Source: Oscillospiraceae bacterium (GTDB taxonomy: Bacteria; Bacillota; Clostridia; Oscillospirales; Acutalibacteraceae). Taken from it: 64,000 bases of DNA. Each line of letters begins with the position of its first letter. Position 1 is the first letter of the stretch. The position numbers and the translations under genes were made by a program. Where the stretch lies: the NCBI GenBank assembly GCA_031268095.1, contig JAIRXU010000008.1:15622-79621 (forward strand). The letters are read 5' to 3'. Below are positions 27,201-36,096 of this stretch, piece by piece. The notes below the pieces were generated by a model, which saw only the letters and a list, made by a program, of their open reading frames with translations, was not told where the DNA came from and did not search any database.

Positions 27201-30200
27201 GGCCCGCCGGTGTCGCCCGCGATCACATAATGAATCACTTCCGGCGCGTATTTGCGCTTGCCCGCGCTGGTGGCGTAGGCGCTGTTGTGGACGGTCCGCT
27301 GGAAAATACCGGACTGCAGCTGATCCATCTTGGCGCGGAAGGTCACCTGTGCGGTGCCGTTGGCCGCAATGGTGGGAATGGTCCAGACCACCTGTCCGCC
27401 GACCAGAACGCCGCCGTTGTCTGCCGAGTTGGCAACATAGGTGGTGTACGCCGGAATCGGGTCATAGATCGTCACATTGGTCATCGGCGCGGGAGACAGG
27501 TTGGTCACGGTAACGGTATAGGTGATCTCCGTGCCGGGCGCAACGGTGCTGTACTCCTCCGGATTGGCGGTCTTGGTGACGATGAAATCATCCGGAATCG
27601 GGTTCACCTCGTGGTTGACGGGATTGGAATCCCGCGTCACCGGCGTGGCTCCGTCGAGGTAGCTGACCGTCCCCTTGTTGACAACCTGACGGTAGGTCAG
27701 CTCGCCCAGCGAGTCCACCGTTACCTGGAAGCTCAGCACAATGGGCGTCGCGCCGCCGGCCATGCTCCCCAGGGACCAGATGACTTTTTTGTCCGCCGTG
27801 CTGTAGCTCCCGCCATGATCCGCCGAGCCAGGCACGTAAGTGGTGCCGACAGGGATCAGGTCCTCGACGACCAGGCTCTGCGCCGTGCCCAGACCGATGT
27901 TCGAAACCGTCAGACGGTACGTAATCGTGTCGCCCGGAAGGACATTGCTGCCGGTGGTGGGCGTCGCGTCCTTGGCAACCTGGACATAGGGATGATCAGG
28001 CTCCGGATCGTCGGGCATGACGTAATGGACGGTGGTGTTGGTTGGCTTGCCCTTGGCGTAGGCGATGTTATAGATGGTGCGCATCGACTCGCCGGGGGTG
28101 AGGTTGTTGGCCCGCACCCGGAATGTGACGGAAGCGGTGCCGTGCAGCGCCGGGATAGTGGGGATATTCCAGGCAATCTGCCGGGTGATGGGGTTGAACG
28201 TGCCGCCGCTGTCCGCGGAGATAAAGTCAAAATACGTGGACAGTACGTCGGTCACCGGAACGTTAAGCATAGGTTTGGGGCCGTAGTTGCGCACCGTGAT
28301 GGTGAAGTCCACCGTATCTCCCGGTTTGACGGCCTGTCCGCTCTCGGGCGAAGCGGTCTTTTCGGCGGAGAAGGCCATCGGGTAGGCGATGTGGATCACA
28401 TCGTTGGTCGGAAGATCCGGGATCCCGGGATTGATTGGTGTCCCGCCGCCCTCGTTATAATAGGCGGTGTTGATGATCTCGCGGCTCTCCATCAGCGCGG
28501 GCAGGTCATCCACCGTCACCTGGAAACTCAGCGTAATTGAAGCGCCGGACGCCAGAGATGGAATTTGCCAGGTGATGCGCCGGTTTGGCGGGTAATAGAC
28601 GCCGTTGGGCGTGGCGCTCTCCGGAACGAAGGTGGTTCCCACCGGAACGGTATCAATCACGGGAATGTTATAAATCGTGCCGGTACCGTTGTTGGTGAAG
28701 GTGATGTAGTAAGTAATGATATCTTCCGGCGCAACTTCAGACATATGCGGCGGGTCGGCGCTCTTGACGGCGCCCAGCACCGGCGGGACAACCGTATGCG
28801 TCACCTCGTTGGTGGGCTTGTCGTCTACGATGGCGACGTTGACCACTTCCAGCTCCGTCTCGCCCGCCGGGAGGGGATTGGCCCGGACCGTGAAGCCGAC
28901 AAAGGCCGTGGACCCCGCCTGGATGTTGGTCACGGACCACTCGACCCGGTTCAGCGCGGCATTATAGTAACCGTTGCCGCGGATGGATCCGGGCACAAAG
29001 GTGGTGCCTGCCGGAATCTCGTCATATACGAGGGTATTGAGGGCCATCAAGGTTCCTTCGTTGCGCAGCCCGACGGTGTATTCAATGTAACTGCCCACCC
29101 GGACGGTGCTGCCGGAGGCCGGGACCGCCGACTTGAAGGGAATCACGCGCGCCTTGTTGACGTTATGGATGACTGTGTTGGTTGGCGTCTCCGGATCCTC
29201 GCCCCCCTGGCCGTAAAGGGCGGTGTTCTCGATCTTCCGCCGGGCCAGGCCCTCGGGCAGCTGATTCGGATAGACGTCAAAGCTCAGGTGTTTCTCCGCG
29301 CCGGCCTCGAGCGTGTTGATGATCCAGGTGATCTCCTCCGCGACGGTGACGCCGCCGTTGGTGACGCTGTCCTTGATCAGAGTGGTGTACTGCGGGACCA
29401 GATCCTTGACCTTGATGTTGTAGTCCGCCACATCGCCGGTGTTCTTGACGGTGATGGTGTAGCGGATCACCTGGCCTTCCAGCACCTCGCTCAGGTGCGG
29501 CGGCTCGGCGCTCTTGGTGGCGACGATGTGCGGCGAAGCGACGTCGTGAACCGTCTGATTGGTCGGCGCGCCGTTGACCAGCGCCACATTGAGGATCTTT
29601 GCGGAGGTCCGGCCGTCGGGCAGGCGGGAAACTTTGACCTTGAAGGTCACCGTTTCCGTCGCGCCGGGGGCAACGGACGCGATGGTCCAGCGGACCAGGT
29701 TGTCGCCGGGATCATAGGCGCCGCCCGCATTGGCGGAACCGGCCACATAGGTGGTGCCCGCCGGGATGTAATCCAGGACCACGACGTTGGTTACCGCTGC
29801 CGCGCCGGGATTCTCCACGCGGATGGTGTAGAGGATTTCGGCCCCTACCAGCACCCTGGACAGGCTTGGCGGGTCGGCGGATTTGTAGGCGGAAATCGGG
29901 GCGTTCTTCTGGAAATGCATCACCTGGTTGGTGCCCCGGTTGTTGATGAACGCGCGGTTGAGGATGGTCCGCTGAATGAGGTTCTGCGGCATTGCCAGGA
30001 CCTTGACCCGGAACGTAAAGGCCATGGTCGCGCCGGGCGCCAGGGTGGCAATGGTCCAGCGCATCTCGTTGGCGGCGGCGATGTAGCCGCCGGTCGAACC
30101 GGCCGGGGCGGGAGAAGCCGCGTAGTACTGCGTTCCGGCAGGGATGGCGTCGGTTATCACCGTCCCGGTGGCGGGCAGCACGTCGTCGTTGGTCACGGTG

Positions 30201-33200
30201 ACGATATACGTAATGACGTCATTTTCCACCACTTCCGTGCCGGGAGCCGGATTGGAGGTCTTGAGGGTATTCAGTGCGTTTTTGCCCTTGACGTAATGGT
30301 AGACGGGGTTGGTCGCTAAGTTGTCCACCACCGCGCGATTGACCAGCGTCCGCTCGAGTTCCCCTGTATTGAGCGGATCCGCCGTCACTTTGAACTTCAA
30401 TACCACGCTCCCGCCGGCGGGGATGCTGTTGATGGTCCAGGTGATGACGCCCGAGCCCGCGTTGTAGCTCGCGGCGATGCCCAGCGCCGGATTTTGGGTG
30501 GCCGAGGCGGCGACATAGGCCGTATACTGGGGCACCTGATCGGTGACAATGAGGTTGCTGCGCGGCGAAGTCGCGTGATTGAAGACCTCAATGCTGTACT
30601 CGATCACATCGTCCTGCTCGACCATGGAGCCGGTGACCGGGTCGGCGCTTTTCTCGCCGTAGACGTCCGGGCGGACCACCTTGTGGATCACCTGCTGGGT
30701 GGCGGAACCGCTGACGATGGCGGTATTATAAATATAGTGTTCCGTTTCGCCGGACTTGAGCTGCCCGGCCGTGACCTCAAAGTGCAGGTCGATGCTATCC
30801 CCCGCCGCGAGCAGCGGGATCACCCACTGTACCCAGTTGTAGCTGGGATCATAGAGGCCGGCATTGTCGGCGGAGCCGGTAACATAGGACGTTTCCGCCG
30901 GAATGTAGTCATATACGGGGATATTTTCCACCGCCACAGCGGCGCGGTTGGTGACGGTGATGGTATACTGCACCGTCTTCCCTGCGTAAATGGTGGTATT
31001 GGTGGGCGGCTCAGCGGACTTGGTGCCTTCCACCGGCGGCAGAATGACGTAATGGGAAACTTCATTGGAAGGAATCGTCGGCAGGCCGGGATCGTCGGCG
31101 GTGCCGCCGCCGTTGCCGGTGTAGGCGACGTTGTCGATGCGGCCCTGGCTTTTGCCGAAGGGCAGCTCGTTCACCGTAACGGCGAAGGAGACGGTCTCCG
31201 TCGCTCCCGGGGCAATCGACGGAATGACCCAGTCAATGTTCTTCGTCGCATTGTTATAGAGTCCGCCGGCGGTGATGGATCCGGCCTTCAGCGTCGTCCC
31301 CTGGGGGATGGTATCCCGCACGGGCACGAAAGCGATGGCTTTATCTGTCACGTTCTTGAGGGCGACGGTGTACGTGACGGTCTGGCCGACATAGACTTCG
31401 CTGCCGTCTGCGGGATCGGCGGATTTGGTGGGCACGATCTTGGGCTGCGTAATTTCGTGCTCGACTTCGTTGGACGGCACGTCCGGAATGCCGGGCTTGT
31501 CTTTCGTCCCGCCTTCGCCCGCGATGGCGACGTTAATGGCCTTGCGAGCATACTCGCCTTCCGGCAGGGGATCCGCAGTAACCTTAAATGTCAGGGTATA
31601 GCTGTCTCCCGGCTCAATGAAACGGAGCACCCATTCCACCCGGTTGGTGACGTGGTTCTCTTCCCGAACCAGGCGGCCGCCGTCTGAGGCGGAGCCGGGG
31701 ACATACGTGGTCCCCAGAGGAACGGTATCCCAGACCGGGAGGTATTCCAGCAGGTCTCCGCTGTGGTTGGTGACGGTGATGGTATACTTGATTTGCTGCC
31801 CGGGCGCGACGACGCTGCCATCGGGCGGATCCGCGATCTTGTCCACATCAATGAGGTACGGCACAACGGTGTGCTCTGCTTCGTTGGTATTTTCACCGGG
31901 GGTGTCGTAGCCGTAGATCACCGCGTGGTTCTTGATGACCCTGGACAGCTGGCCGTAAGCCAGGGGATTGACCCGAACCTTGAACGTGACGTACACTTCG
32001 CCGCCGATGGGTGCCGTGGTGCCGCCCGCCGCGCCGGTGGGTTCCAGCCGCGGGATGGTCCAAATCACCCGGCCGGTGGAGGCCTCGTACTTGCCGGTGC
32101 CATCGCCGGTGCCGGTCAGGGATCCTGGCACATACGTCGTTCCGGCGGGGATCGCGTCAATGATTTGGACGTTGGTATCCGCCAGGGTACCCACATTGCG
32201 GACCGTGATGGTGTAGGTGATGATGTCGCCGGGGCGGACGCGGGTGATATTCCCGGCCGTGCTCTCTTTGGGCGCGGCGCTCTTGCTGTACTCCAGCACC
32301 GGCTTCTTGACATGGTGCCGGACGACGTTGGTCTCCGAGCCGTCCACCGTCGCGAGGTTGGTGATGGTGGCGCTGCCTGTCCCGGCGGGGAGCCGGTCAA
32401 CGATGACCTCAAACGTCAGCTCTCGGATCTCGCCGACAGACCAGGTTGCGAAATTCCAGGTGATGGTCCCGCCGCTTTCTGTGCCCCCGTGGGAGATGCT
32501 GCCGGGCACGAGGGTTGTGCCGACAGGGACCTGATCGGTGACAACCAGATTCCGGGACTTCATGTCGCCAACGTTCTGCACCTGAATTTTATAGGTGATA
32601 CGCTGGCCTTCGATGACGTCGGACTCCGTCGGCGGGACCGCCGTTTTTTCATACAGAGGCAGGTCTTTGCCGACTGTGTGGGTGACAGTGTTGGTGACGA
32701 TCTCATCAACATAGGCAAAGTTGTTGATCGTCCCGACCAAGTCGCCTTCCGGCAGCGCGTTCGTCGTCACCTGGAAGGTGATGGTCTCCGTCCCGTTGGG
32801 GGGGATGCTGGCGATGGTCCAAGTCAGCTCCCCGCCGGCGTTCAGCGTTCCGCTGCTGGCGACGTTGGCGGAAGTGGATGCGGAACCGGCGACGTACGTC
32901 GTTCCCAGCGGGATCTTGTCCCGCACAAGCACCTTTGTGGCCTCTTCGGAGCCCTTGTTCATCACCTCGATGGTGTAGGTGACGGTCTCGCCTTCGTGCA
33001 GCCGGGAACTGGTGGTTTTATCGGCGGACTTCACGCCGTAGACAAAGTAATTCGTCTGGTTATGGATGACATGGTTGGTCTCGAAGTCGGCCACTTTGGC
33101 GACGTTGTCAATGATCCGCTTGTCCAGGTTTTCGGGCATCCGCTCCACTTTGACTTGGAAGCTCAGCACAGCCTTCTTCCCCGCCGCCAGCGCTTTGATA

Positions 33201-36058
33201 TTCCAGTTGAGGCTGTTATCCGCGCTGTTGAAGCTCTTGGCGGAAGCTGTATCTTCTGTGCCGTCGATCTTGACGGAAATGGAGTTCGGAACATAAACGG
33301 TCCCTGCCGGAATCGAATCCTGCGCCGGAATATTGTACGTCGTGTCCGCGCCGGGATTGAAGACGTCAATGTAATACGTAATCACCGTGTCTTCATGGAC
33401 GATGGAATTTTCCACCGGGTCGGCGTATTTCACGGCGGTTTTGGATCCCGCGTACTGGTAATGCTCCGTCTCGTTGGTATTGATGCCGTTGACGTAGGCT
33501 ACATTGCGGAATTCCCGCTGGCTGATGCCCTGGGGCATCACTTTGACCTTGGCCTGGAAGCGCACGACCGTGCTTTCCAGCGGTTTGAGTTCGCTGATCA
33601 CCCAGTAGAAGTTATAGCCGTCCGTGTCCGCCTGGGGCGTTCCCGCAGGATAGTACGTCCCGGTGATGGTACCGCCCATCATGGTGGCCGTCCCGTTGGT
33701 GAGCGAGCCCGGAACATAGTCCAGATTGTCCGGCAGCTGGTCGGTGACAATGGTATTATAAGCTGGTTCCGAGCCGGTGTTGGTCACCTCCACCAGGTAG
33801 GTGATGATATCGTTTTCATATACTGTTGTTCCCGTGATGGGGATGGATTTCTTCACGCCAATGATGTTGGCTGAACCGACATAGTGGGTGGTCTGGTTCG
33901 TCGGAGAATCGTCCACCGTGGCGACGTTCTCCAGCGTCCGGAACTTCACGCCGTCGGGCAGTTCATCCACATGGACGGTGAAACTGAAGCTCTTCTCCTC
34001 GTTCCCCTGGAGCACAGGCACAAGCCATGTCAGTTTCTTGTGTCCTGTCGGGAGGGTCGTGATGCTGTTGGGCGTCGGGGTGGGTGCCGGGGTGCCGAGC
34101 AGCGTCGTGCCGTCCGGCGTCTGGTCCGTCACGGTAATATCCCGGATCACATCCGGCCCGCTGTTATAAATGGTGACGGTATATGTAATGTTGCTGCCGA
34201 CTTTGACGATGCTCCCCGAGGGCGGCACGGAAGTCTTCACCGCGTTGAGCACACCGGAATAGACGAAGTGCCAGGTGGGGTTGCCGGGAATGTTGTTGAG
34301 GTAGGGCTGGTTCTGGATCATTGCGAACTGTACGCCTTTGTCCAGCGCGTCCACCGTGACCTTGAACTCAAAGACCGCTTTCTTTCCGGCTTTAATGAAA
34401 ACATTGTCCCAGACGATTTCGCCGTTGACGATCTGGGCAGCGGAGGCGGTGAAGTCTCCTGGCGCGCCCGCGCTCGTCACCAGCCGGCCGGATCCTGCGA
34501 CATAGGAGGTCCCGGGCGGGATTGTGTCGCGGACGACGTTGCCGCCGCTGTCCTGCGGGCCGCTGTTATAGACGGTGAGGGTATAGGTGATGGTCCCCCC
34601 CTGCGGGACCTTTGATCCCGTCGGCGGGTCGGCGGTCTTCACCAGCTGGAGGTCCGAGGCGCACTGCTCGTATGTCCATTCGTTGGTGTGCTCCCCGTCC
34701 TCGCCGAAGGCGACGTTGATGATGAAGCGCGGGCACTCGTTCAGGCCCATCTCATCCGCTGTGACGCGGAACTTCAGCTCCCGCGTTTCCTTGATCTCAA
34801 TGTTCTTCAGCACCCAGGTAATGGTTCTTGTCGTGGCGTTGTAGGTCCCTCCGGCGGTGATGGAGCCGGGCACCAGCGTCACGTGAGCGGGTAGCGGATC
34901 GGTCACAGTATAGCTTTCCACCGCGTAGTCGCCCCGGTTGGAAACTTCAATGGTATATTCAATCTCCGTCCCGGCCTTCAGCAGGGACCCTTGTGGAAGG
35001 GAGCCTTTTTTATTCATGCCGATGTCGGGTTCGAGAAAGATCTTCCCTTCCGCTTTGTAGTAACGATCCCGGCCTTCAACCCCGGAAAAGAGGATCTGGT
35101 CGGCCGCTTCTTCGCCCACGCCGCCGCCGACGCCGTCATAAATCCAAAGCAGCAGCGGGCCCAGATCTTCGGTCCTGGCGTAAGGGATATCGGTTCGCTT
35201 GAGCGTGATGGTAAACAGATGGTCCGCCGGGTTGGTGCCGCTGGGGGCGTAAAAGGTATACATACTGCCCGAAATGTCGACTTGGATGCCGTTGGGATTG
35301 GCGCCGACGACGGCGAGCTTGGGCCGCCGGGTGCCGGGGTAAACGGTCATGTCCTGGAACGTTTGCTCGTAGCGGGAGGTGCTGCTGTTCCATTTCAGAT
35401 CCAGGTGCAGCGTTGTGCTGGTCGAAAGGAAGCTCGGATCCAGCAGGTAAACGTGCACTTCCTCGACGATCTGATTATAGATCTTGACGACTTCTGGGTA
35501 GTTGAGCTGATTGTAGATGTCGTTGTTGGTTCGGTTGTAGTTCGCGTCGCGGTAGCCCAGCTCGCTTTCCCAAATCAGCATTTGGGTCGCGCAGTGGGCC
35601 GCTTGCCGGTTGGCCGCCGTGTCGGTCAGGCCGAAATCTGACACGGGGCGGTTCGGGTAACCGAAGAGCGCCGTGCGCGCCATGTTTTCCTTGATCGTCG
35701 CGCTCAGGGCTCGGGCCGCCGCGCCGCCGCCGAAGAGCAACTCCGCCTGGTGCATGCCCGAGGACACCGCGCGGCCTTTTTGGGCGCAAAAGCCCTCCCA
35801 GCCGCCGCCCGCCGTCGGGTAGGTCAGGCCGCTGCCCCCCGCGATGCTGGTGATGACATCGCCGGTGTAGGGATCCCGAATCGTAATTTGCACCTTGTTG
35901 GTATACTGCGTCAGGTGGCCGATGCTGATGTTGAGCCAGCTGCCGTCCGTCGGTTCCGCCAGCGACTGGGTAACCAGCATGGAAAACTGACCCAGGATCA
36001 TTATCAGGACCAGCAGTGCGGCGACCGCCGCACTTTTTGCCTTGATTTTCGGTTTCAT
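21266..36058 (-). CDS. giant (4,930 aa) cell-surface adhesin: signal peptide, putative thioester domain, ~34 DUF11-type repeats, CxC cluster, N/S/G stalk, sortase-type C-terminal anchor
   Basis: Single uninterrupted ORF with RBS AAGAGGG 6 nt before ATG 36056-36058. Signal peptide ..VTQSLA/EP. The repeat motif D-x-[IVL]-P-x-G-T-x-[YF]-V-x-G-S was counted 34 times by eye. The C-terminus is YVPKMNEPT, a 21-aa hydrophobic helix, then RKTYRKKHSRS. Confidence 0.9.
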   Translation of the reverse strand: MKPKIKAKSAAVAALLVLIMILGQFSMLVTQSLAEPTDGSWLNISIGHLTQYTNKVQITIRDPYTGDVITSIAGGSGLTYPTAGGGWEGFCAQKGRAVSSGMHQAELLFGGGAAARALSATIKENMARTALFGYPNRPVSDFGLTDTAANRQAAHCATQMLIWESELGYRDANYNRTNNDIYNQLNYPEVVKIYNQIVEEVHVYLLDPSFLSTSTTLHLDLKWNSSTSRYEQTFQDMTVYPGTRRPKLAVVGANPNGIQVDISGSMYTFYAPSGTNPADHLFTITLKRTDIPYARTEDLGPLLLWIYDGVGGGVGEEAADQILFSGVEGRDRYYKAEGKIFLEPDIGMNKKGSLPQGSLLKAGTEIEYTIEVSNRGDYAVESYTVTDPLPAHVTLVPGSITAGGTYNATTRTITWVLKNIEIKETRELKFRVTADEMGLNECPRFIINVAFGEDGEHTNEWTYEQCASDLQLVKTADPPTGSKVPQGGTITYTLTVYNSGPQDSGGNVVRDTIPPGTSYVAGSGRLVTSAGAPGDFTASAAQIVNGEIVWDNVFIKAGKKAVFEFKVTVDALDKGVQFAMIQNQPYLNNIPGNPTWHFVYSGVLNAVKTSVPPSGSIVKVGSNITYTVTIYNSGPDVIRDITVTDQTPDGTTLLGTPAPTPTPNSITTLPTGHKKLTWLVPVLQGNEEKSFSFTVHVDELPDGVKFRTLENVATVDDSPTNQTTHYVGSANIIGVKKSIPITGTTVYENDIITYLVEVTNTGSEPAYNTIVTDQLPDNLDYVPGSLTNGTATMMGGTITGTYYPAGTPQADTDGYNFYWVISELKPLESTVVRFQAKVKVMPQGISQREFRNVAYVNGINTNETEHYQYAGSKTAVKYADPVENSIVHEDTVITYYIDVFNPGADTTYNIPAQDSIPAGTVYVPNSISVKIDGTEDTASAKSFNSADNSLNWNIKALAAGKKAVLSFQVKVERMPENLDKRIIDNVAKVADFETNHVIHNQTNYFVYGVKSADKTTSSRLHEGETVTYTIEVMNKGSEEATKVLVRDKIPLGTTYVAGSASTSANVASSGTLNAGGELTWTIASIPPNGTETITFQVTTNALPEGDLVGTINNFAYVDEIVTNTVTHTVGKDLPLYEKTAVPPTESDVIEGQRITYKIQVQNVGDMKSRNLVVTDQVPVGTTLVPGSISHGGTESGGTITWNFATWSVGEIRELTFEVIVDRLPAGTGSATITNLATVDGSETNVVRHHVKKPVLEYSKSAAPKESTAGNITRVRPGDIITYTITVRNVGTLADTNVQIIDAIPAGTTYVPGSLTGTGDGTGKYEASTGRVIWTIPRLEPTGAAGGTTAPIGGEVYVTFKVRVNPLAYGQLSRVIKNHAVIYGYDTPGENTNEAEHTVVPYLIDVDKIADPPDGSVVAPGQQIKYTITVTNHSGDLLEYLPVWDTVPLGTTYVPGSASDGGRLVREENHVTNRVEWVLRFIEPGDSYTLTFKVTADPLPEGEYARKAINVAIAGEGGTKDKPGIPDVPSNEVEHEITQPKIVPTKSADPADGSEVYVGQTVTYTVALKNVTDKAIAFVPVRDTIPQGTTLKAGSITAGGLYNNATKNIDWVIPSIAPGATETVSFAVTVNELPFGKSQGRIDNVAYTGNGGGTADDPGLPTIPSNEVSHYVILPPVEGTKSAEPPTNTTIYAGKTVQYTITVTNRAAVAVENIPVYDYIPAETSYVTGSADNAGLYDPSYNWVQWVIPLLAAGDSIDLHFEVTAGQLKSGETEHYIYNTAIVSGSATQQVIHKVVRPDVYGEKSADPVTGSMVEQDDVIEYSIEVFNHATSPRSNLIVTDQVPQYTAYVAASATQNPALGIAASYNAGSGVITWTINSIPAGGSVVLKFKVTADPLNTGELERTLVNRAVVDNLATNPVYHYVKGKNALNTLKTSNPAPGTEVVENDVITYIVTVTNDDVLPATGTVITDAIPAGTQYYAASPAPAGSTGGYIAAANEMRWTIATLAPGATMAFTFRVKVLAMPQNLIQRTILNRAFINNRGTNQVMHFQKNAPISAYKSADPPSLSRVLVGAEILYTIRVENPGAAAVTNVVVLDYIPAGTTYVAGSANAGGAYDPGDNLVRWTIASVAPGATETVTFKVKVSRLPDGRTSAKILNVALVNGAPTNQTVHDVASPHIVATKSAEPPHLSEVLEGQVIRYTITVKNTGDVADYNIKVKDLVPQYTTLIKDSVTNGGVTVAEEITWIINTLEAGAEKHLSFDVYPNQLPEGLARRKIENTALYGQGGEDPETPTNTVIHNVNKARVIPFKSAVPASGSTVRVGSYIEYTVGLRNEGTLMALNTLVYDEIPAGTTFVPGSIRGNGYYNAALNRVEWSVTNIQAGSTAFVGFTVRANPLPAGETELEVVNVAIVDDKPTNEVTHTVVPPVLGAVKSADPPHMSEVAPEDIITYYITFTNNGTGTIYNIPVIDTVPVGTTFVPESATPNGVYYPPNRRITWQIPSLASGASITLSFQVTVDDLPALMESREIINTAYYNEGGGTPINPGIPDLPTNDVIHIAYPMAFSAEKTASPESGQAVKPGDTVDFTITVRNYGPKPMLNVPVTDVLSTYFDFISADSGGTFNPITRQIAWNIPTIPALHGTASVTFRVRANNLTPGESMRTIYNIAYAKGKPTNTTVHYVMPDDPEPDHPYVQVAKDATPTTGSNVLPGDTITYRLTVSNIGLGTAQSLVVEDLIPVGTTYVPGSADHGGSYSTADKKVIWSLGSMAGGATPIVLSFQVTVDSLGELTYRQVVNKGTVSYLDGATPVTRDSNPVNHEVNPIPDDFIVTKTANPEEYSTVAPGTEITYTVTVTNLSPAPMTNVTIYDPIPAYTTYVANSADNGGVLVGGQVVWTIPTIAANGTAQVTFRAKMDQLQSGIFQRTVHNSAYATSAGKRKYAPEVIHYVIAGDTGGPRIGKKAVPVTGSTVEAGTEIAYSITVTNGSTNDLLNMNVRDSIPANTTYVSGSANPAATFADNALTWTIAKIEPGKTVEVTFKVKTLALGYNYQVTNTAQLLVPGGTWLSDQVTHYVTGETPPVNASKSAIPSSGSPVETGDVITYAINIQNPGTSPVTNIRVNDIIPAGTSYIPGSASDGGTLQGGTLVWNISGLAAGTIRQLTFQATVTGTDNVIRNHATVSVNNATAVETNETAHYMATTENLTVTKRAIPAAGSVVHAGDEITYYLDIKNNGTSAATNVRVFDYLPKGVTYVQNTAIPNGVLNDVQMEWIIASIAAGRTTSVTFRVKVDDLPDGVNFLQLRNQGHILESDGPHYSNVVLHNVIRDTNTLQMIKTASPVTGSTVQKGATIRYTITVTNNSSMEATNILVEDPLPANTAYVADSASDNGTLNAGKVQWTIASLSPGQSKALTFSVTVNGGDWVGLLENTATATYSGQTIRSNPTHHYPGTTNQVPVQVLKRSAPPSGSNVSQGETITYYVDVFNYSDSPLANVQVFDDIPAGTEYQNGTATNGGSLENSSGRLHWVLTNIPARESVTVSFQVTVGTLPQGSSARRLSNQAYALTSDGPAVSNRVSHEQQAQGAVTPISVSKTALPASGSPVLPNQLVTYTITVSNPNSQRAEDIDVYDPIPAGTVYEPNSADNGGILLGGSIYWHVNRLNANQSVTFHFSVRVLSSAQSTIQNVAQATYGGRTVNSNATEHYPGTANYAFSKGSTPIDGSTVQPGDVIIYHLYLTNTGTSNLTNVLLEDIVPGGTKYQEGSGQYTVGGGDGGAIGNYAHVTTLEGGQVQLTWLIPSVAPGDTVHAFFEAVASVLPAGTSGVLLRNVGESVVNGISRESNEVIINVGTPPPHPIQLTKTASPPAGSQVTPNSEIAYTLTVRNPGTAPVNNILVSDPVPAGTSYVSGSGGILSGGNVTFQIAQLAGNETRTLTFKVKVDSAAATGAVILNTAQATAESFLYYSNPIFHSVNGQMPLVSATLSSNPINGSLLPPGSTVRYSVVLVNNGSSPAYNIPVRNPIPAGASYANNISAGGSYNSTNNEVSWTVASIAPGASQTVWFEVTVNANNSTTPGIIRDTAYYTPNPSGSSEAATNEIIIVVPPADEFLSGSKISNPPSNTTVTAGQEITYTLTVYNDSTLAATNVTVGDTLPEGLGFVNGSASDGGTYAAGTNTVTWIIPTLGGKQSKSVSFRAVVLPLPAGANSVKYIRNTPVVNGKEGNEEIVVNPGSFSQPHTDGYLFTAPVSKSRVQVGDTITYTIMAINNGNTDLTDVPVRIPVPSGTVYLADSATDGGVLNAGEIRWTIPSLLKGTTKNVSFTVTVQELGANQPFRVLDAIAYVGGPNGERNTNQVFHTQTTSPAQGDLLLQKSAGRANYTQVQVGDTITYSLTVTNLGSAARRNITITDTIPAGTTFVEGSASDGGVRTSQNLVWNLASLGAGASKTVSFQATVNAPATEDITTVIHNQAFVNGTPGNAVDNPVYQPSFKGVGAMKHASPAAGTAVTQGDVITYSIDVTNLGAATVTGTTVTDEIPAGTTLVEGSIDNGGTISGRTITWAVGALSVGQVRTLSFKVTVNALGAGEEQQPIRNQATVSGPGGSGSVPSNPVYHSNQKSSISLEKFTNTAVNQVVSKDDVVTFTLRARNNSGLQAKNVAVTDAIPEGTSYVANSASANGTYADGIVTWIIASLAPYASTEVSFQAKVTNSETGTIRNVAYAGGSASNPVVLNKGTKGPGGTDPSNPGDGCTCQPTNPGNPTNPGCSCGTNGSTCTCGNGSGNGNGGGACACGNCGGNSGGSGGNGGSGGSGGVNGDINIDININLPGGSGTGTGGDTVINVDNSSNNSNTNTNDNSANNSSDNSSSNTNTVGGSNSSGGSNGSNGSNGSSGSNGSNSSGGDSYVPKMNEPTAIWAIVLLLGSAAIIVLVVFLRKTYRKKHSRS
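21395..21715 (-). repeat. low-complexity coding tract (Gly/Ser/Asn stalk) with short imperfect DNA tandem repeats
   Basis: Protein reads GGNSGGSGGNGGSGGSGG..NSSNNSNTNTNDNSANNSSDNSSSN..GSNGSNGSNGSSGSNGSNSSGG. The DNA shows reiterated GGATCCATTCGAGCC-like units. Confidence 0.8.
21896..35026 (-). repeat. array of ~34 diverged ~105-125-aa DUF11/'conserved repeat domain' modules (coding)
   Basis: Each unit reads roughly ..G(D/E)x(I/V)TYT(I/L)xVxNxG..A.N(V/I).V.D.(I/L)PAGT.YV.GS...GG.......(I/V).W.I..L..G....(L/V).F.V.V. The units are diverged at the nucleotide level; I saw no long identical DNA repeats. Confidence 0.8.
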
Positions 36059-36080
36059 AACTAACCCTCTTCCTTTCTTT

Positions 36081-36096
36081 GATCTTTTTCAAGATC
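36081..36096 (-). promoter_or_regulatory. hairpin/palindrome in the 5' leader of the giant gene
   Basis: GATCTT-TTTC-AAGATC, about 20 nt upstream of the RBS. Confidence 0.25.
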
